Below, one piece after another: positions 25,983-38,200 of a DNA stretch of 64,000 nucleotides. The number at the start of each line of letters is the position of its first letter. The stretch's first letter is position 1. Origin of the DNA: a virus (Duplodnaviria; Heunggongvirae; Uroviricota; Caudoviricetes). The DNA is taken from IMG/VR virus record IMGVR_UViG_3300026549_000033, positions 64,001 through 128,000 of that record; one strand, 5' to 3'. The translations under genes were made by a program, and so were the position numbers. Under the pieces are notes generated by a model that saw only the letters and a program-made list of their open reading frames with translations, ran no database searches and was not told the origin of the DNA.

Positions 25983-28771
25983 ATGACAATCTATATTACA
26001 CTTACTACTTTCTGTAACATTAAAGACAGAGATAATGTAGACGGTAAAGGAAAGTTATACAGGTATAATAACAAAAGAATTACCAGAAATACTTTTCTTA
26101 AACTTCTTCATTATCTTAATAAGGATAAGGGAAACAAATACATTTTAACAGAACATAATATAGAAACTTCTTCTAATTATATTACTAATGAGAAATATAT
26201 TACCCATATTTACAGGTGGCAACTTCCTATTATTCATCACCCTTTCTTACCTTAAAACAAAACTTATATTAACCTTGAACATAAATACAATACATGTTAT
26301 AATAATAGTATAAGAAAAACAAAAGGAGTTAAATCTTATGGACAATATGAAAGATAAATACATGCTTGACAGAGCAGGACAAGACTATAGACCTAAAGAA
26401 GAAAAACCTAGACATATCTTTTTCTTTAAAGGACACTATATTATGATAAGTGAAGACTATAGAGATGTATGGGTACTTACAAGGAATTCTTATTTTTCTA
26501 CTCATAACAATTCTTTAGACGAGTCTTTAGTTCAAGGTATGGAAGAAGTCTATAATATAAACAAAAGAAACTATGACAGAGAAATAGAAAGAGAAAACAA
26601 AGAAGAAAAAGAAACTGCTATAAGGGAACAATTAGAGCCTTATATGAAAGTTATTATTAAAGAAATTATGGCAAGTAAAGAAAAATAAACCTTGAACATA
26701 AATACAATACATGTTATAATAATAGTATAAGAAAAACAAAAGGAGTTAAAATACTATGAATATTATAGAAAGCATGGAGTCAACAGGTACAATATATCTA
26801 TTAAGATACTCAAGAGGTTACTCATCACAACCCGACGAACTCTTAACTGAAAAAGCACTAATAAATAATGCTGACTGCTCTGCTTATTGTACTGGCTATG
26901 ACAGTATTTGCACCTTAGAGGATGCTATCGAATACTATGAAAGCATAGGTTATGAAATCTATAAACTAACAAATATTCAAGTAGAACACTTAACAAAATA
27001 AAGGAGTTAAAATCTTATGGGAATACATACTATATACATGCAAGATAAATCTATACACCACATACAGGAAGAACATAGAGGTATTATATACTCTTATATA
27101 TCTAACATACAACAGGATAATATCTTTGCTATTATTAAATATACTATGCCTTTAGAAATAGAGAATATATTCAAGAATAGAAATAATATATCTCATACTA
27201 TAAATAACAGGGATACTTTATACATAGCACTTACTTATTCTAATAACAGGTATTATCTTACTATGGATATATGTCAATCAGAGGACTTGGACTATTCTCA
27301 TACAGAGGTATTAAGAATTATAGGCTCAAATATAGATAATGTAATGAGAGCATATCAGAAATTTTATACTACTTCTACTTTCTATAACAGAATTTTATCT
27401 GCTATTAGAGGGGATGCATGCCAGTGGTACTCTTATATAGATGCAGACGAAGAAGAAAATCAAAGGAGTTAAATACTATGGCAAAAATTATAGCAGAAGT
27501 TACATATAGCTTTTATGCAAATACTATTAACAGAGATAAAAATGTGCAAATAGTTACTTCTGAAAATGAAAAGAGCTATTACTGTCAGGCAATAGGAACA
27601 CCCTTTAAGAAAGACAAAGAGAATAAAGTACAGTTTATTGTAGGCGGAGTTGTGCCTTACCTATCTGTATTTAAAACTACTACTATTACAGAAGAAGACT
27701 TTGCAAACGGAAAAATAAAGCAATATGTAGTAGACAACCTTAATGCTGAATTAGTAGAAATCATGAAAGAAGGATTAAAAGAAATACTTGAAAATGTAAA
27801 TATAAAATAACCTTGAATTTTGTCATACTTATCTGTTATAATAATAGTATAAGGAATCAGTTAAACAGAAAACAAAGGAGATAAACTTATGAAAACCATA
27901 GACGTAGATATTGTTAAAGCAATTATCAATTATGTAAATAACGGTAATTCTAACTACAAAGAATTTGCAAGACTTATGTCTTATGAACACAGGACACTTC
28001 AACAACAATTTACTAAGTTATGTATAGCATGGCTTAAGGAATTATCTGAAACTGAAAACTATGACCTTAGAAATGAGGGAAGTGTTAAATTTGCAAAGAG
28101 TGTTAAAGACAAATTAGTAAACTTGCCTTTAATATAATATAGAAAAATAACCTTGAACTTAAATACAATACATGCTATAATAATAGTATAAAACAAAGGA
28201 GTTAAACTATGAAACAATTTTTATGTATATGGGATAAAGAAGTATTCCACACAGAAAACATAACAGAAATTAAAGGTATAGAATTCTTTACTCTTGGGAA
28301 TGGGTATAGTAAAGAAGAAATAGAAGATATAAATAACATGGAAGTCGGAGACTTATACAATACCCCTACATACCCTAATCAGCATATTATTACAAGGATA
28401 AAGGATATATAATCTTAATAAATCTTAATAACCTTGAACATACAAATAAAATCTGTTATAATATAAATGTAAGCAGTTAAAACAAAGGAGTTAAAATCAT
28501 GTACATCAACAAAGTTATTTTTATGGAATTTGACGAAATTGGAAACTTAGATACTAAATACGGAGACCAAATCGTACAAAGAACTGACTACGGCACAACA
28601 GAAATCTTAGCTGACACTATTCAAGACCTTATTGCAGACCTTGAAGGTGATAATGCAGAAGAATACAACTTTACTAAAGAAGAACTATTGGAAGACCTTA
28701 ACAATTCTTTAGGTACTGACGTAGTAGAACTATTACTAAATGACGGCTTGGACTTCATCTTAGTAGTATAA
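25983..28771 (+). CDS. Block of 8 hypothetical class B genes (25983-26255, 26338-26688, 26756-27001, 27017-27472, 27478-27810, 27889-28137, 28209-28412, 28499-28771)
   Basis: Each ORF follows a class B repeat or its RBS; 27478 start reassigned. Confidence 0.8.
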
Positions 28772-28810
28772 CCTTGAACATTAAAAAGAAACATGCTACA
28801 ATAGTATTAT

Positions 28811-28868
28811 AAGGAATGGAAGGGAATATTCGCCCCTTTGGAGTATAGCGACAGGTACTCACATTCCC
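28811..28868 (+). promoter_or_regulatory. 58-bp structured leader element, copy 1 (identical copy 36526-36583)
   Basis: Three-way junction GGAATG/CATTCC, AAGGG/CCCTT, GAGTA/TACTC, between promoter and RBS. Confidence 0.75.
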
Positions 28869-28895
28869 CTTAATAAAATAAAAGGAAATTAAACT

Positions 28896-30082
28896 ATGAC
28901 AAAAGAAATTACATACGCAATTATAGTATACGAGTATCACTCTTTAGACAAAGAAGAATACACCTTATACGGAATAAATAAGGATAGACTACAAAAGACT
29001 ATAGCTGACTGTCTTAAAGAAAATAAATGCTTTAAGGTAGCAGTTTTTGACGGAGAATAAGGAAATGGAGAACACGCAAAAAACTTTCACAATAAAATTA
29101 CATACCACTAATACAAATATTGACAGAGAAACAATCAGAGAATTTCTAAATAATGCTATTGAAAATAGTAGTCTTAAAGAAGACTTAACTTATAGTGTAG
29201 ATGAAAAAGTCGGAGTATTATTTAATTTCTTGAACGATACTATGGCTTTCAGCTCTTTTATAAGAAACACAAAAGAAGACTTCTTAGAGGACTACCCATA
29301 TTTTGCAGAGGAGTATGACTTCTGCTTATCAGAATTCAATAAGCATAAACAAGATGCTCTCATAACCTTCTTAGAAAACACAAGTACCAAAGAACTTACA
29401 GAACCTTATGGCTTATTACCTAAAGACTTTGGGTATTGTGTAGGACAATATATTAAAAACAATATGACACAGGAAGAACAAATCGAATTTTTGAAAGTTA
29501 TAGCAAGTAAAGGACTAAGAATAGAAATTTATTAAAATAACCTTGAACATTAAAAAGAAATATGTTATATTAAAAGTACAAAGTGGTTAAAGCAAAAAGC
29601 GAGTTACACATTAAACAACTCAACACTCTTTGGCACATGCGTCAGAGTATAAAGAATAAATGCGGACGAACGTCTTTCGGGAATTTCTAACATCAAGCAC
29701 AAAACAGTAAATTCCCACTGTATAATAAAACAAAGGAGTTAAAATCATGGGCTTAGACTTAACAATCAGAACACAATCAAACTTTACAACAAATGAAAAA
29801 GGACAGGACACTTGGACTGTTACATGTATCGGAAACTTAAGAAATTGTTGGGAAATCTTAGAAGAAATACAGAACTACACCGAATTAAACAACTGTACTA
29901 CTGTTTCTGTATATGGCAAACACTTCCACAAAATCTTGGAAGACCTTAAAGAAGAACTTCCTACTTTAGATAAAAACAAAGCAGACGTAGAATACGAAAT
30001 TAAATGTCTTGAAGAACTTATTAAAGAGAATAATATTGAAGACAATGACATGGAAAGTTACGAGGTTCATGCTTGGTTCTAA
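28896..30082 (+). CDS. Hypothetical genes 28896-29060, 29065-29535, 29747-30082
   Basis: ORFs with RBSs; the first (54 aa) is not in the track and the second start is reassigned. Confidence 0.75.
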
Positions 30083-30414
30083 AAATTAGAGACCACTCAC
30101 AAGCTCAAGAAGGCACTTAAAATATATAAGGACATAAAAGAATACCTAACTAATATAAAAATCCTCAAGGAATTAAAGCAGACCACCTTAAATAAAGAAA
30201 TAAATATAAGGAGACCACACAAAATGCAAATAGAATTATATGACAAAGTACAAATAAAAGCTCTCTTATCAGAAGGAGACGACACCTACACGGTAGTTAC
30301 AAGAACTAAAGACCGTGAAGGTAATGTAATGTTTGCTTTAGAGGACGAAGACGGCTTTTTATTAGAAGAAGTATTTTACCCCTCTCAACTAATCAAAGTA
30401 CAGGAGAATGACTA

Positions 30415-30795
30415 ATGACAACCGCAGAAAAATTATCATACGAAGAATTCAATAATAACTTAGACCAATTCATAGGTAGCATGAACTTCTACCCTGTAGC
30501 TTTCTCACATATTATATTTACAGACGGTATAAAGTACTTTGCTGAAACTTGTGAATGCTTTTGGCTATTAGACCTCATCGTTTATAACTTGGAAAGAATA
30601 CACAGACAACTTGGTGCTTTATTCATAGACATTGAAGTAAACAAAAGGCACACAGTACACATAACAGTTAGGGAAGACAAAGACATGCCTATAGTATTTG
30701 AAAAGAAACAAAGAGACCTTTGTAAAATAATACCTGTAGGCACATACAGATTCTACCTTATGGATAACACTTTATTATTACCCTCTGAATATTAA
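30415..30795 (+). CDS. Conserved hypothetical protein (DUF6876-like)
   Basis: FTDGIKYFAETCECFWLLDLI motif, recalled family resemblance. Confidence 0.55.
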   Translation: MTTAEKLSYEEFNNNLDQFIGSMNFYPVAFSHIIFTDGIKYFAETCECFWLLDLIVYNLERIHRQLGALFIDIEVNKRHTVHITVREDKDMPIVFEKKQRDLCKIIPVGTYRFYLMDNTLLLPSEY

Positions 30796-30813
30796 CTTGA
30801 AAGGAGTTACACT

Positions 30814-31284
30814 ATGGCTTGGAAGAACACAGATATTGAAAAAATTAGAGAATACAACCGACAATACTATCAAAAGAAAGTAAAAGAAAAACGTGCAAAA
30901 GAAAAAGCAGGACGTAGCATAACTAAGGAATGTCCTATATGCCACACTACTTTTACAACTGATAAGCCAAATCAAAAGTATTGTTGTGATGCGTGCAAGA
31001 AAATTTCTGTTAAAATCAAAGGAATTATTTACAGAAGAACTCAAGAATACAAAGACAAATTAAATGAATACAGGCACTCTGACAAATTCAAAGAACAACA
31101 AAAACAATACAGACAAAGTGAAAAGTACAAAGCATACAGAAAAGAATATGTAAAGACAGACAAGTATAAAGAAATTGCTAAAAGATATTTACAGTCTGAC
31201 AAAGGTAAAGCTACTTTACAAAGGTATGCAGAAAAAAGAAAAGCAAACGGTTGGAAACCGCTTAAAACAAGCAAAGAAGAATAA
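30814..31284 (+). CDS. Basic protein with a CxxC...CCxxC zinc finger and about 13-aa helical repeats
   Basis: CPICHTTF...YCCDACK followed by repeated Y..(S/T)(D/E)K.K units. Confidence 0.7.
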   Translation: MAWKNTDIEKIREYNRQYYQKKVKEKRAKEKAGRSITKECPICHTTFTTDKPNQKYCCDACKKISVKIKGIIYRRTQEYKDKLNEYRHSDKFKEQQKQYRQSEKYKAYRKEYVKTDKYKEIAKRYLQSDKGKATLQRYAEKRKANGWKPLKTSKEE

Positions 31285-31350
31285 CCTTGAACTTAAATAA
31301 TAAATCTGTTATACTAATAATGTAAACAGAAAAACAAAGGAGTTAAAGCT

Positions 31351-34300
31351 ATGGCAAGAACTGTAGAATTAACAGGAGACGAATTAAACTTTCTCCTAAC
31401 AAACAAAGAAATAAATGTACCTACGGCAAGCAGAAGTATTCAAATCTTTACAAATAAAAACGAGAAAGAACTTCTCTTGAACTATGAAGGACAAGGTTAC
31501 AGACCTATTAAAGTTACAATAGAATTCGAGTATGACGAAAATATTCACTTTTCAGAAGGAGACGACTAATGAAAGAACCTTTAGAACTAACTGAAAAAGA
31601 AAGAGACATCTTATTCTCTTTATTATTAAAAGAAATAAGAGATATAGATAACTACAATGCAGTAGTACAGGCACACTTGAAATCTTACAAGGAAGACTTA
31701 CATACAATCTATAATAAAATTGTAGCTAACATGGACGAGGACTAATCAATGTTTGACAGAACCAAAGACCAAATAAAGAAAAAGAAATCAGAACAAGTTA
31801 TAGTAAACGGCAAGGCTTGGGATAAGGAAAGTCTCAAAGACTTATTAGACAGGAATGACAAAGCCGTGTATCGTGCAATACTTCTTATCTATAGTTTTCA
31901 AACAGACGAAGAAAAATACATGGGTACTACAAAAACTGTAAACGGAAAAGGCTTTAGCAAATTTGACGTGGAAGTCTTATCAAGTTTTGCTATGCAATTA
32001 CGCAGAGGACAGGAACTCACACTCAAACAAATGTACGTAGCAAGACCTAAAATTAAAAAGTATGTAGGACAAATCCTACAGTATATGAAAGACAGAGAAG
32101 AAAATAAATAACCTTGAACTTAAATAATAAATCTGTTATAATAAATATGTAAACAGAAAACAAAGGAGTTAAAATCATGACAGAAAACGGAACACTTAGA
32201 GTATATCATATAAGAAACGGACATATTGCTCATCAAGGAAATGTTACAAGTCCTATGCAAGCTATTGCACTTATAGAACAATGGGCAGACGATGACCTTC
32301 ATAATCCGAACGTATCTTTCAATGCTTTTGGCTTGGAAGTCTATGACGACACAGACCTTCCCGAAGGAGACAAGGGAACTAACGAAGGTTGGAGTGAATG
32401 GTATAACAGTGAAGGACAGGACATAGCTGAACTCATGGATAACATTGAGGAAATGCTACAATAACCTTGAACTTAAAAATAAAATACGTTATAATAAATA
32501 TGTAAACAGATAAAACAAAAGGAGTTAAATCATGGGGCAAAGAACCGCAATATTATTAAAGAAAAATTTTGGAAACAACAGAAGTACAATCACACTCATT
32601 CATCACCAATGGGGTATAGGTAAAGTAATGCCTTCTATCTTTATGCAAGAAGTATTGAAGTTGGCTTATCCTATGAATAGAAGTCTTGAGTCTTTCTACA
32701 TAGGAGACTTAAAAGAAAAGAATAAATTACCTATAGACTATTTCTTTACCTTTGAACCTTTGAGCAACACTGACAATAACTATATTACAAACAAAGAAGT
32801 TGCTACAGATGATCCGAATGAGGATATATGGAGACAAGAGGTCAGAGTTAGATATGGAAGACAAACAGATAACAACAACGGACTTATGCTCGTTGAAGTT
32901 ACACAGAACTATGATAAAGAAGGAATGCCTGAAACCTATGGACACATGCTATCTGTTAAAGTTGGCTTTGCTCTTGGCTCGGAAGAAATCTCAATAGAAC
33001 ACCCACACTTACAACGTTGGATAGACGTAGAACCTGAATTTGTACGTCTTGTTAGTATGGAAGAATATGTCTTGAGAACCTTTAGGAGTCGTGATGAAGA
33101 AGTACAAAAGTACTCAAAGAAATTTGTTAAGGCATGCAGAACTCTTATGGAACTTGAAGACATTGAAGAAGTCTATGACAAGAAGGGTTTAAAGAAACGT
33201 GAAGAACGTGAACAACATATCTTGAATTGTATAGACGGACTTACAAAGGACTTACCCGACGGAGTTGAAATAGAAGTACCACTTGAATTTCAAGAAGTAC
33301 AAAACTTATATGTATAGGAGACAAGACCATATAAAATAACCTTGAACTTAAATAATAAATCTGTTATAATATAAATGTAAACAGAACAAAAGGAGTTAAA
33401 ATCATGGCAGACAATGTTACTACAAACTTTACAGAAGAATCTTTAAAAGTTGGAAATACAGTTTATGTTTCTTTAGGCACAGACGACGAAGACTTGGCTG
33501 ACTACCTTGAAGAACACGGAGACCAAATTACTATTACAGAAGTAGAACTTGACGGAGACGAACCCACAGGAAACTTTTGGGGAATATCTGCTGACGGTGA
33601 GGACTGCCCTTACCACTTAGAATGGAGAGACGTCTATGCCGTAGACGTAGATGCCGTAGAAAACTTGGCACTTAAAGTATTTAAAAACTTATCTAATAAA
33701 GAAGTCATAGAGTACACTTGCACGGCAATTAACTCTCTGCAATCAACAGGGGAACCTTTAGACTTATCACAAACAACCACTATTAAAGTCGTTCAATCCT
33801 TCATTATTGACACCCTCATTACAAACGAAATCCGTGAAGGGTTTAGAAATGCAATCACAGGGGAACTTGAATAACCTTGAACATGTAAATCAAATCTGTT
33901 ATAATAAATATGTAAACAGTTAAAACAAAAGGAAGTTAAAATAAAATGAAATGCACAAACAATCAATACAAAAAATTTACAATAAAAAGTTTACTTAACT
34001 CCTTAGAAGAAATAATGGCTCGGAATCCAGAGATAACTTTGGACTCCGAAGTCATTATCTCCGACGTCAACATGAGCTTTTTTAAACAGGAAGTTAAAAT
34101 TTATCCTACACACGACTACAAAGACAGACAAATGAAAGTAGGAATTTATCTCAACCCTTATGAAAAAGACGAACTCATAGACACAACGGAAGAAGAACCT
34201 AAGGAAGAAATAAAAGAAGTAAACCCACACAATGCACAAGCTATTAAACAAATCACAGAAGAACTCTCACAGGTAAATCAACCACAACCACAAGAAGAAC

Positions 34301-34359
34301 CACAACCTATTAAGCAAGATATGAGCTTGGCTTGGATAGATAAGTACACACGGAGATAA
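31351..34359 (+). CDS. Block of hypothetical class B genes (31351-31569, 31749-32111, 32177-32464, 32532-33317, 33404-33874, 33946-34359)
   Basis: ORFs behind class B repeats or their RBSs. Confidence 0.8.
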
Positions 34360-34363
34360 ACTT

Positions 34364-35182
34364 ATGACACAAACTATACAGGAAGTATTTAAACAATTTT
34401 GTAAAGAAAGACACGCAGAGGACAAAGGAAGAAATCATGACCTCTTGCAAGAAGTCTATGCAAGTACGGAATTCTTTGATACAACCTTGTATAAATTTGT
34501 AGGTATAGAATATGACTTTGACAAATTCAATAGCAGAACCTACATGGCTTACTTCTCCACAGAAGACTTATGTATTCCTTTTCAAAATAACTTTATTAAA
34601 ATAGAAGAAAACAAATACATATTCTTGAGAGAGTATGCCCCTGATATCCTGACAGGCACAATGTTTATACCTAACTACATAGACAAAGTATCTTTAAACA
34701 TTCCCTTTAGGATAGAAATAGGAGAGAAAACCTCTGTAATTATATCAGACTTTTATGTAGATATATTAAAAGATAGAATAGAAAGAATAGTCAGAGACTT
34801 ATTTGTAATAGTTATATCAGTATGTAAAACCTTAAGCGAACTTTCAAAGAAGTCTGTAGCCGTTGATAAACCTTCAAATCCAAACCTATGTGAATACTAC
34901 AGAAGGAAAAGAAAACCCACAATTAAAATACCTCAAAGACCTATATATTATATTCTTGGAGAAAAGCATGAGAGTGTATCCGCAAAGTATAAATATATAA
35001 GAACTATAGGAAACTTAGAATATTCTTTTGCCTTCAAAGTTAGAGGACATTGGAGACATATTAACGAAGGAACTTTTGGAAAAGACCGCAACGGAAATTA
35101 TAATGTTAAAGGCTATACTTGGGTTACAGAATATACAAAGGGAGAAGGAGAACTCGCAAAAAGAATAAGAGTTATAGAATAA
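34364..35182 (+). CDS. Conserved phage hypothetical protein
   Basis: C-terminal FKVRGHWRH...WV..YTKG motif seen in phage proteins. Confidence 0.7.
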   Translation: MTQTIQEVFKQFCKERHAEDKGRNHDLLQEVYASTEFFDTTLYKFVGIEYDFDKFNSRTYMAYFSTEDLCIPFQNNFIKIEENKYIFLREYAPDILTGTMFIPNYIDKVSLNIPFRIEIGEKTSVIISDFYVDILKDRIERIVRDLFVIVISVCKTLSELSKKSVAVDKPSNPNLCEYYRRKRKPTIKIPQRPIYYILGEKHESVSAKYKYIRTIGNLEYSFAFKVRGHWRHINEGTFGKDRNGNYNVKGYTWVTEYTKGEGELAKRIRVIE

Positions 35183-35242
35183 CCTTGAACATTAAAAAGT
35201 TATCTGTTATAATATAAATATACAAAACAAAAGGAATATACT

Positions 35243-38200
35243 ATGAGAAACAAATCAGAATACATTAACAACAGAATTGAAAAACTTTTTGGAAAAGTCG
35301 GAAGACGTAAAGGAGACTTTTATTGTTATGGCTCGTCTATTGCAGAAGTTGTAAATGACGGTGGCGGTATTCATATTGTACTCACAGGAAGAACTACTAC
35401 AGACTTAATAGAAAAACTTGATGCAATAAACGACTATATGAACTTTAAAAAGTATCAAGAAAGCAAGTCGCCCGAAGAAAGCATATAGGCAGAACCCGCA
35501 CAGTACTTGGCTTTCCACAGGTGAAACCTAATCAAAAAATTTCATGAAATTTTGAAATTTATATAAGGACAAAATAACCTTGAACTTAAATAATAAATCT
35601 GTTATAATATAAATGTAAACAGAACAAAAGGAGTTAAAATCATGACAAAAGGAATTACAAACAGAGTTAAAATTCAGAAGTTTATAGACGTTCTTAATAC
35701 TCTGACCTTTGAAGAAGTTACGGAAGAAAATCTTAAAAAAGCACTTCCAAATTCAAGAGTGGACTTTGTGAATAAGGTTGAAGAAGACATGACTGACATT
35801 TCAATAGACGACTATACCTTTACTATTCACAAAAAAGTAATAGGTGAAAAATACCCTATAGAATGGGTACTTATTGGAGCAGACACAGACCACCCATATT
35901 TCTTATCTGACTATGTAGAAGTTTACCTTCCTATACAAGAAGACGATAGTACCATGTATTGTGAAATACAAGCTGAAGGCTACATTGAACCACATAATTC
36001 GGGAAAAGAATTTTGGCTTAGACTTCATTTCTACAATAATTAAAAATAACCTTGAACTTAAATAATAAATCTGCTATAATATAAATGTAAACAGAAAAAC
36101 AAAAGGAGTTAAAATCATGTTATTAGGAACATTTTTGACAGACGTAGACAAAGCATACGACTTTCTACAATTAACTAAAAAAGAATTCTTGGAAAGCTAC
36201 TCATACTTAACAGAACAAGAATACGACGAAACAAATGCTGAATTCTTATCAGATAAAACAGGAAACTTGGCAGAACTCATGAGGGATGCTGAAAACATGC
36301 TTATCGAAGAAAACACATATTTTGACAATGAAGATACAAACCCATACAGAGGTGCAACAGTAACAGGTGAACAACTTAAATCAGCCGTATACTGTTATAC
36401 CGTAGAACACTTAAACAAAGAGGAACAACAGGAATTTGAAGAAATATGTGAAGACATGGGTTGTTAAAATAACCTTGAACATACAAAGAAAACCTGTTAT
36501 AATATAAATATAAACAGATAAAACAAAGGAATGGAAGGGAATATTCGCCCCTTTGGAGTATAGCGACAGGTACTCACATTCCCTTATACAAAACAAAAGG
36601 AGTTAAATCATGGAAAACAAAATTGAAATTATTATGTCTGATTCAAATGATAACGACATAAACATAGAAGAAGACTTTGAAAAAGCCGTAGAAAGACTTT
36701 ACGAAGTAGACAAAGTATTTACAAGAGACGAAGTACAAGAAATGCTATACAAAGCAAGAGCTATTGCTGAAAACTTGGACGTATTAGAAAAACAAGCCTA
36801 TCAAGAAGGTAAAGAAACACAAGCTGAAATAGATGGTAAACCTATGAATGAACAATGGATACAGGATTCAAAAGAAATCCCAAATACAAAACGTATCCTT
36901 ATTGATATAGACTGTGCTTACGACGAATTCTATCTTATGCACGATAAAGACAACCTTCTTCCAAATTCTTGCAATTCTGTAGAAGTTGTAACAAAAGAAG
37001 TTGCAGAATCTAACGACAGAGACATGGATGCTACAGAGGACGAAGAAAATTATAAGGTAGGAGAAGGTCTCTCATACTACAGAGAACTTGGAGACAGTGG
37101 CTACTACTTTAGGTTTATGTAAAGGAGTTGTACTATGAACAAAGAAGAATTATTTAGAAAAATTAAGAACTTTTCAAGAAATGACAATGGCAGAATTATT
37201 CTCGGTGATATCCTTGAACTTCGCATATCAGAAGACGGAGAAAACCTTGACGTTTATAAGTACACTAACTTAGACAACGTAAATATTGAAGAATATGACT
37301 TTGACGGAGACTATATAACTTCAATATATCTCAAATAATCCCGAACGGTAATAAAAGTACAAATCAGATAATATATTATCTAAAATATGCCCGAACGGTA
37401 ATAAATAGCTAATATATTATCTATAATAAAATAACCTTGAACATACAAATCAAATCTGTTATAATATAAATGTAAACAGAAAAACAAAGGAGTTAAAATC
37501 ATGGCAGTAATTTTAAAAGACACAGACGTTAAAGAAACAAATTCAAAGTATGGCTATGTCGTAGAAATGTTTGACACAGTAGAAGACTTCAAAGGCTATA
37601 TCAGAGAAGAACTCTTAAATATTAGAAGAAATCTTAGAACTGACGGCATGGAAGACGAGGAATTAGATACTTTAATAGAAAAGAACTTATCAAATTGGAG
37701 CTTTGCTACCTTGTATAACAAATACAAAGAGTATAACTTTGCGTATGAGTTTGAAATCATATAAGGAGATAAGACATGACAAAGAAATGCCTATCAAATA
37801 AAGAATTTCAAGAGGTATTAGAACTCTTAGGAAAACAAGTTTTCCGAAATGGTACAATACACTATGTAGACCACTCAAAGAGATACCACTATGCCCTCTT
37901 TGTATATTTCCCCGAATATTCTGAAAAAGTACTTGACGTTATGGCAGATAAATTCGGAAGAAACATAGACTTTGAAACAGTACATGTACCAAACAAGGAC
38001 TTTTCAAAGTCTGAAATAGAGGACTACACAGAAATTTATAAATTAAACAACAGATTCACAATTACAGAGCAAACACCCATACTTGAATTAAAAGTGCGTG
38101 GGTATATTAACGAATACAAATAAGGAGTTAAAATCATGAAAAAAGAATATACATCAACAGTAGACGGACTTATAGAAGTACTCACAAAAATTAAAGAAAA

